From Octopus vulgaris (lineage: Eukaryota), in NCBI GenBank assembly GCA_951406725.2, contig OX597832.1, forward strand, positions 69,688,001-69,752,000: 64,000 nt of DNA, written 5' to 3'. Position 1 is the first letter of the stretch. The number at the start of each line of letters is the position of its first letter. The position numbers were made by a program, and so were the translations under genes. Below the pieces are notes generated by a model. That model saw only the letters and a list, made by a program, of their open reading frames with translations. It did no database searches and was not told the origin of the DNA. Shown here piece by piece: positions 55,475 through 64,000 of the stretch.

Positions 55475-56147
55475 ATGGACAGGAAGTTGAAACAAAGAAC
55501 TAACATGGAATTTTGCGTTAAACTTGAGAAGCCTGCTTGAGCCTGCTTCTTCGGCAAGCTTACGACGACGATGCAATTGGTCGTACGTAATGTTTTGAGT
55601 ATCACTGGCGCTTCAAATGCGCAAAACGTTCCTGGAAGGACAATGAACGATCTTGAAAACCTCTCACGAGCGCCACCCTCGGAAATGTGGAGAAAATTCA
55701 TCAGCTTGTGCATAAGGAAGGTCAGGTGATGTTGCTGGTCTGTTGTATGGGTCCATTAATGCAATCCTAACGTCTGAATTGAATATGCTTTGTGTCTCTG
55801 CCAAATTTGTTCCCAGCCTGCTGACTACTAAGTAGAAAGAATATCGCGTCGAAGTCTGTCAAGACCTCCGTCAACGTACCGCTGATGACCCCTCTTTCAT
55901 GTCGAGGTTCATCACCAGTGACACGAGTTGGTATACAGGTAAGACCCTGAGACGAAGTGGCAGTCGTCACAATGGAAGAGTCCTTCATCTCTACAATCGA
56001 AGAAGGCTCGACAGAGCCGCAGCTCCATCACAAGTATGCTCTTCGTACTTTTCAACACCCGCTGTATTTTGCATCGAGAATTCGATCCCCACGGCCAGAT
56101 AACCAATCGAGAGTTCTACTGCGACAATTTGAAGTGTCTGAGGGAGG
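55475..56147 (+). mobile_element. Mariner transposase pseudogene, N-terminal two-thirds
   Basis: MDRKLKQRTNMEFCVKL, VSAKFVPSLLT (WVP-like), SRFITSDTSW (first catalytic D), PETKWQSSQWKSP, MLFVLFNTRCILHREF...NREFYCDNLKCLRE, with stops and frameshifts. Confidence 0.92.
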
Positions 56148-56699
56148 TCAGTTGTAGTAGTGTCATTGTACGAGTTCTCAGTTGGAGTCAGTGTCATTTA
56201 CGTGATATACACGAGTTCGAGTTACCGTCAAAGTAGGCGTTTTAAAGTCAATGTCTTGCGGAGCTATCAGCAATAGCACGGTAGATGAGTTAATGATAAT
56301 AAGGCGAGGAATACTGCCACAACATAATTGTAGCGATAAGAAATTTACACTACCGACAATAACAGACAAGAGGACGAGTATGTCACATTATAATAGTTAT
56401 ATAATCATCTGGAAAGTAACAATCTACTTCCAGTTGAACAGAAAAGATGCAAGAGGCAAAGTAGGGATCAAAGAAACCCACGTATTTGTTGATAAACTAA
56501 TAATTAGAAATCATAGATGCAAATTGACGGGATTGAATGTAGCATGTTTGGATTATAGAATAAAGCATATGACATGGTATCGCACAGTTTGGTAAATAAA
56601 ACAATGTGCGAATTCGGAATAAGAGAAAATATGGAGAAAAGGGTTAATGAAAGTATGAAACATTGGAATACTGAATTCATTAGAGGAAAACAAAGAATT

Positions 56700-57300
56700 G
56701 GGCAAATGTTGCGACAGAAAGTCTCAAGTTGGCTGAGGGAGAATATAAGAACTGGAGGCTTGATCAAGTTGTAAAAGTTGGGTACCAGAGGCTGTGTCAG
56801 AAATGCGAATGTTAAGCTGGAGGTACTTGGTATGATCATCGGGTTGAAAGAGGTCTTCAATTGGAGAAATACAAGATTTTATGAGATATTGCTATTCAAA
56901 CGGATAAGAAGCTAGAAAATAATAAACAAGACATAGCAATGACAGACAAGGAAAAACGAAGCTGCTTATTAATTGATCTATCAAGTCTGTTTCATTCCAG
57001 GATTGTAAAGAAAGAAGATGAAAAACAAGCAAAAAATTGGAGGCTGTAAGAATTTTGAATATGAAAACTCTATAGACTGTGCATGCAATACCTGGAGCAT
57101 TGGGAACTGTAAATAAAGATTCAGAAGGAGATTAGACTAGAATGCCCTGCTGAGCTTCTACAGAAAGCTTGCTTGTTAGGTACGGGGCTGATTATCAGAA
57201 GACTTCTTTGAACTTGAAAGGTTATTAAAAGATTATGGATACTTAAGGTTACCCACATAAATTCTGCCAGGTATAAGAACGAACCTGAGGCAAACCGAAA
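56700..57300 (+). mobile_element. R4/Dong-type non-LTR retrotransposon 3' fragment, degenerate
   Basis: Frameshifted IQTDKKLENNKQDIAMTDKEKRSCLLID (PD..D endonuclease region), IPGALGTV, LECPAELLQKACLLGTGLIIRRLL; followed by (ATA)n/(GAT)n. Confidence 0.85.
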
Positions 57301-57317
57301 TATAATAATAATAATTA

Positions 57318-57352
<35 letters not shown>

Positions 57353-58172
57353 AATAATAATAATAATAATAATAATAGCAATAATAATAATTGCTTACTG
57401 AGTTGGTGAATGTCTAATACATTAATACTTCAAATGTATACCATCGTGTATCTTTCATATTCAATGAGCTTTTGCTTTATTGTTATTTAATTTTGCTCTT
57501 TCAAATATCGTATTATTAAAGATATTTAATATGTTGATATTTTTACTGTATGCTATGGAAATTGATATTGGATTTTATTGCTACACTTTTCTTAAAATAT
57601 TTATATATTTGTATGTAACGATACATCAATATATAAATTTCATTAATCCGTAATATTTCATAAACTTTGAATCCAAACATGAATTTCTGTAATATTCACC
57701 TCCAGCCACCTTCCCTTCATTTATCATCCTTATTAATTTGGAAAAGTTTAATTTTGAAAACGAAACATACCATATCAATGCACATATTTATTGGATGGTC
57801 AGAAACTATGTATTAACAGTCTTAACACCTTGTAGTCTGTTGGGTTTTAATATCCGACTAGCCAGCCATGAATGCGTATCTTAATGAAGTGTCAAGGGGC
57901 AAGTTGATAGATAATCAGCGACACGGTTTCGAGTGACAGCAGGGGTGAATAAATGCTTTACGTTTTGTTACAAAGGTCATTTGAAAATGAATGAACATCA
58001 CAAAACCATGTCACCCTTATATACGTTTAAGATTGTGATTCTTGACATTGAGAACAACATTTGCTGCATACCGTTATTTTCCTGCCCGCGGCTGTTCGGT
58101 GTTATACATTATATACATACATAAACACATACATACAGACATACATAAACACATACATACATACATACATAC

Positions 58173-58214
<42 letters not shown>

Positions 58215-58489
58215 GTGTGTGTTAATAAAATGAGACAACAAAGTCAAGGCTGTGTGGAATTTATAGGACACTAGCTTAAAAGCCGCCCTAGGGCGGCTTT
58301 TAAGGAAGCTCATGTAAAGGGCTCTTCATTGGGCCTTGGGCCCAAAAATGACACTCCATGCATTAAGTACATATTAAATTTTAGTGCCAGATCAGATTGG
58401 GACTTGGTGCAGCCGCTGGCTCTCCAAACCTCAGTCAAACCGTCCAACTCATGCCAGAATGGAAAATGGACGTTAAATGAAACAGGAAT

Positions 58490-58930
58490 TTTGTAATATT
58501 ATTTTATTCACTTACTTCTAGATGTTTACACTTTTATCGTCTTCAAAGTTTTCTCCATTTGAAGCAATGCATCGGTCCAGACGCGTTTTCCACTGCGATA
58601 CCGTTTAACGTCTACGTCGTTTTCTCTTCACCTTTTCCACATTTGCAAAATCCGTAGCACCAGCTTTCGTCACCAGTGATGACCTCCTAAAAAATGTCCA
58701 GATTAACGTCCAAGTGCTCTTTCAGTTCAGTCGTGACTGCTGATTTTCCGTGAGCAAGCGAGGCACACATTTTGCTGCAACTCTTTCCATTCCTCACTCA
58801 AAATCCGTTGGCAAGAACTCCTGGACACTAATCATATCAATAAGTTTGTCAATTCTTCGGTGATGGTCCACCAAGATCATTTCATGAATTTTCATATTTT
58901 CATTGATTCATAGCAAAACTCGACGAACAG
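58490..58930 (-). mobile_element. Mariner transposase pseudogene, internally deleted
   Basis: Minus strand MERVAAKCVPRLLTENQQ, VITGDESWCYGF and C-terminal QWKTRLDRCIASNGENFE. Confidence 0.88.
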
Positions 58931-59554
58931 GGTAGAAGCACTGCAACACAAAGTCGCACCACGTTGGATCCGACGATGCTGGCCGGCAGACTGGTGCCTG
59001 AGGGTCGCATCAGGTGGCTTCTAGCAACGGAAGCCCGAAATACAACGGGCTTGTCCCACAGAGAACGTATCCTGTTAGTTGTGGGAACCCCATCGTATGT
59101 GTGTGTGCGTGCGTGTGTGTGTATGTGTTTATACTTTTGTAAGTGTAGATTTTGTGTGTTCTGGTATATGGCATCAATCAGGAAAAAATATTTGGCGAAA
59201 TCCTTGAAGTGATGTGATAAGGCAAAATATACTCCATTTGTGTCCGAAACTGTCTTCTCTGAAATGAGATACCTTCAATTTAATGTACAGCAGCGACATA
59301 GCAAACTTTTAAATAATGATCAATAATAACGCTGGATATTTCATTAGTCAAGTCTAACTGAGACAATGTAAGTTGTGCACATATTTGTATCTATACACAT
59401 ATACATACATACATACATACATATATATATATATATATGTGTATGTGTGTGTATATGTGTGTGTGTATATATATATATATATGTATATGTATGTATATAT
59501 ATGTGTGTGTATATATATGTATATATATATACATATTTATATGCATATATCTAC

Positions 59555-59591
<37 letters not shown>

Positions 59592-59593
59592 CA

Positions 59594-59624
<31 letters not shown>

Positions 59625-59839
59625 GTAATCATGAAAGTATGTATGTGCATGTGCGTAGATGAGTGTGTGAATGCGATTCTTTGCGTGCGTGTGTGTGCAT
59701 GTAAAATATGGCGCCTGGGGATGTAATAGAATACCATTCGGAATAAATCAATTTCTAATCATTTCAAATTTGACAAGAGCCAGTCGCTATTCAGCTCAGT
59801 GTCTCTGACAAACTACTTTTCATGGGAACATATACTGTG

Positions 59840-60170
59840 CATGTATATATGTATGTACGTGTGTATGTATGCATGTAAGTATGTGTGTATGTATGTATGT
59901 ATGTATGTATGTATGTATGTATGTATGTATGTTTGTATGTATGTATGTTTGTATGTATGTATGTGTCTACGTATGTAGGTATGTGTATATGTATGTCTGG
60001 GTGTATGTATGCCTGTATGTATGTGAGTATGTATGTAGGTATGTGTGTATGTACGTATACATGTATGTTTGTATATGTATGTGTATGTATGTGTGTACGT
60101 ATGTATGTGCGTGTGTATGCATGTATGTATGTATATGTGTATGTATATGTTAATAAATGTATGTATCAAT
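59840..60170. repeat. Degenerate (TATG)n tract
   Basis: Direct reading. Confidence 0.95.
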
Positions 60171-62323
60171 GAATGTAGCTATATGTCGAAGTGTATCTGC
60201 GCGTGTGCATTGCGTAAGAGAAAATGTTTGTCAACCATCTCTGTAACACTTTAAAAGCGCACGAACCAAACTGGAGGCACAGCCCTCTTTCTTTCTCATT
60301 ACCTTAACTGCAACCAATTTTTTGAGTCCCTTATCAAGAAGCAACTCTGATAATTTTGTAGAATTCTTCTTTTCTCATCTTCAATAACAATGTTTTTCTG
60401 AGTAGCATTCTCAGAGAAAAATCTTCAATTTTCCCTCTCAGCTTAGTATTAGGCTCCACATTGTACATAATTTGCACTACACCACTAGTTCTATCCATTT
60501 CCACTGCCACCACCACCACCATTCCATCAATCTTTAAACTATTATCCGGAAGTGGCTTATATATAAGGGAGCTGTTATTGTGTATATATAACAAAAAGTG
60601 TATATAAGCTGAAACATTTTGTTGGCTTTTTATTTTTTAATAATTGTTTATGTTATATAATATTATGTTATATTATAGTCAAAGTATATCATGTTATATT
60701 GTAATATAAATAAATTATTGGATTGTCAATAGTATCTCTCTATTTAATTTATCTTTGTAATTGCATTATACCAATATTTATATGGTATTCAACTGATGTA
60801 CCAGGGAATTGGATCTTTTTCTCAGTTTGTTACTTTATATATATACATTAAATGCGAAATTACTTCTTCGTTTGAAATCTACAGACATCATCATTCATTT
60901 CCTTTCACTTAATAATCCTCCAATTATATTGGATTCGAATTTTGCGTATACAGCCAGCAACTTTTCGGAATAAGTCGATTAGATCGACTCCAGTGCTTGA
61001 CTGATACTTATTTTCGCCCGACGAGCTACCGATTCTGCCACCGCACCGCCTTATTCTTCTACAATATTGTCGCGAGTTAGGTTCAATATATATTCACGTT
61101 ATACTCATCAAGCCCTTCAATATCTCTCTATGTATAGAGACACTCCCCTATTGATATACACTACGTGTGAATAGATAGCATGGTACAGTGTCTTCCATTG
61201 TGAATAAGCGTACCTGCTCTGACTGTCCAATCACACTTCCAATTGATCAAAGGTAACATTGACTTTCCCAAATACTTTGAAGCGGTTTCTTTCCTTGGTG
61301 ACTATAAATAAGATTCATTCACCTCAAGAGGAAATATATCTATCAATCATCTTGAGTAAAGACATTAACCTGCATCCTGTGCGGTTTCTGATATTTTTGA
61401 GGTTCACTATAGCTGTCAGTGGCTCATCATTGAATAGAAATAAGATGGGTCCGTGGCTAATGCAGACAAGTATAGGAGGAGAATTGAGCTTTAGACATGT
61501 GCCACACCAGTGTTCCAGTAGGTATGCCTTGATGTCACATGGACCAGTGTCTCTGCTTAGGGATGAAATAGGCTGTGATGGCTAGACCGCAAGAGTTAAC
61601 ATTAAATGAACCGGCATAACTGGACGAGACATCAATCCTACTTTCGCAAGTAAATTTAGAAAATATCGGGTTCTGCTATAGAAGTCCAAAACGTCTAACC
61701 ACCGATGCCTGTAAGCATTGCATAAGATGACAGATAATTCTATGAATAGACCCTCTGTGAATACGACACTTGTGACATAAACACCTGTATAAATGATTAT
61801 AATATGTTTCTCAGCATATGAGATGCTATGCAGCGTGCACAAAATCTTTAAATCAGGGAATCTTTGTGTATAAATTCGAAGATTCATTAACCAATAAAAA
61901 ATATTACATTGAAAAGAAACAACTCCCATTTGATACCAAGATGTACTAGAAAAGCACAACTGATCAGCGTTTAGACTCAGTACAGGTAACACATCTGCAC
62001 ATCACTGTGATACATTTCTAAGTCTGGCAATTGAATTAGTTTGCGATTGGGAATACAAAGCAGTCGAAACCACATTTTCGAAGAGAACCATATGTTCAAC
62101 GCTCCGTAGAGAAGTACACCTTTCTCTCCTTCCTACACTTATATATCCATATACGTTAGTGTATATAAATCTGCATGCATATATACATACACACGTGCAC
62201 ACACAGATATATTTGACAGAAATTAAATTTAAAAGTTGAATTGAAAAGCAATAGCTTTTGTTTCAGCACACGACTCAGATCAAGTCACTTGCCATGCAAG
62301 TACATCTTCGTAATATCTATCTG

Positions 62324-62401
<78 letters not shown>

Positions 62402-62419
62402 CCTGTATATATATATATA

Positions 62420-62819
62420 GGCGCAGGAGTGGCTGTGTGGTAAGTAGCTTGTTTACCAACCACATGGTTCCGGGTTCAGTCCCACTGCGTGGCATCTTGG
62501 GCAAGTGTCTTCTGCTATAACTCCGCGCCGACCAATGCCTTGTGAGTGGATTTGGTAGACGGAAACTGAAAGAAGACTGTCGTATATATGTATATATATA
62601 TATATGTATGTGTTTGTGTGTCTGTGTTTGTCTCCCTAGCATTGCTTGACAACCGATGCTGGTGTGTTTACGTCCTCGTCACTTAGCGGTTCGGCAAAAG
62701 AGACCGATAGAATAAGTACTGGGCTTATAAAGAATAAGTCCCGGGGTAGATTTGCTCGACTAAAAGCGGTGCTCCAGCATGGCCGCAGTCAAATGAATGA
62801 AACAAGTAAAAGAGTAAAG
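62420..62819 (+). mobile_element. tRNA-derived SINE family A, near full length
   Basis: A-box TGGCTGTGTGG, B-box GGTTCAGTCCC, core ttgggcaagtgtcttct...ggaaactgaaagaag, internal TA/TG tract, 3' cagcatggccgcagtc...aagtaaaaga. Confidence 0.9.
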
Positions 62820-62836
62820 AGTATATATATATATAT

Positions 62837-64000
62837 ATGGCTCAAATATTCTCTAGTTTCACTGGTCCCACTCCCGAACTATACGGTCGTTACATTGACG
62901 ACATTATCGGTGCCACCTCACTCTCCCGTGAACATCTAGATTCTTTCCTCTCTTTCGTTCAATCCTTCCATCCTGCCCTCCACTTCACCTCCACTATCTC
63001 CTACACCTCTGTCTCCTTCCTCGACATTTCGGTCAGCATTCATCACGCCACTCTTACCACCTCCATTCACTACAAACACACAGACTCACGCTCATATCTA
63101 AACTTCTCTTCCTCCCACCCCAAACACACCAGGCTTTCCATCCCCTATTCCCAATTCCTCCGTCGACGTAGGCTCTGTAGTGACGACCATGACTTTGAGA
63201 CTCAGTCTCAACTTATGGTTCGCCACTTCATCCTACGTGGATTTCCCCTCACCACTATCCACACCGCCCTTGCCAGAGCACGTTCCGTAGACCGTGCATC
63301 TGCTCTCTCCCCTCGAACCCACCCTGCAGTCTCCCGCCTCCCTTTTCCCCTCACTTACCACCCCACCACCCTACCTCTCCAACGCACCATTCTTCGAGCT
63401 TTCCGGCATCTCCAGTCCGACCCGTCCACTTCACACCTCTTCCCTAACCGACCCCTCCCTTCTTTCAAACGAGCCCATAACCTACGAGACCCCTTGGTCC
63501 ATAGCTTCTTCCCTGATCCTACCTCCCAACCTGGCTCGTTCCCCTGCTGCTGCCCACGCTGCAGCACTTGAATTTACCTCTCCAACACCACCCTCCTCAC
63601 TGGCACCCATCATCGACCCTATCGCATCATCCACTCCTTCACCTGCACCTCCAGCAATATCATCTATTGCATCTCCTGCTCTCTCTGCCATTCCCTGTAC
63701 ATCGGACAAAAGGGACGCCGCTTGGCTGACCGGTTGGCGGAACACCTCCGAGACATCCGCCTCGCCAACGACACACCGGTCTCACGCTATTTCCGCTCCA
63801 CCGGTCACTCCTTGCAACACCTGTCTGTGTTCGGATTGTCCATGCACAGAGGCCATCCGGTTCCCGTTTGCGCCGTGAACAGGGATTAATCTTCTCTCTT
63901 CGCTCTTTTACGCCATTTGGTCTCAACTTTCCCCCCGTTTTCATCTACCCCACCTTTTTTTTTCATCTAACCTCCCCCCCCCCGACTCCTAACCCTCTTC
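62837..64000 (+). mobile_element. Penelope-like retroelement (Neptune-type), 5'-truncated, defective; runs off window end
   Basis: Starts directly after (TA)n. Translation has RT motif RYIDD, FLD and PLE thumb motifs (YKHTDSRSYLNFSSSHP, SIPYSQFLR). Cys linker SFPCCCPRCST ends in premature TGA at 63569-63571; the same frame continues into GIY-YIG NIIYCISCSLCHSLYIGQKGRRLADRLAEH. After a frameshift it ends LIFSLRSFTPFGLN, the typical PLE C-terminus. Confidence 0.95.

Noticed and set aside
58981-58988. GGCCGGCA identical to the HDV ribozyme 5' end
   Set aside because: No matching P1 3' strand, L3 or P1.1 elements.
61200-62100. ORFs of 108 and 136 aa and a faint GPILFL RT-like motif on the minus strand
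   Set aside because: No coherent domain recognisable; would need tBLASTx/HMM. Left unannotated.
63294-63944. Alternative-frame and antisense ORFs over the PLE
   Set aside because: By-products of the C-rich PLE coding strand.

Overview
AT-rich eukaryotic non-coding DNA, saturated with microsatellites ((TA)n, (CA)n, (TTA)n, (TAG)n, (TATC)n, (GA)n) and interspersed repeats. The SINE families and repeat landscape look like an octopus or other coleoid cephalopod genome (inference from recognition, not searched). No intact host gene is visible; almost all listed ORFs are microsatellite or antisense artefacts. Recognisable coding remnants are all transposon-derived: a 5'-truncated Penelope-like element (PLE; RT plus GIY-YIG, Neptune-type Cys linker) at the right end, three mariner fragments, three Tx1/L1-clade fragments, two R4/Dong-type fragments and one CR1-group LINE fragment. 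There are also about 30 tRNA-derived SINE copies of three families. The most interesting signal is a set of type I hammerhead ribozyme motifs (7946-7996, 24405-24452; degenerate at 7706-7740, 28490-28539, possibly 58966-59056). Four of the five sit at or beside fold-back or inverted-repeat junctions, two of them in islands inside (TA)n. A few isolated splice-signal-bounded segments may belong to a long-intron transcript. Coordinates of diverged repeats are approximate and all structures were folded by eye.
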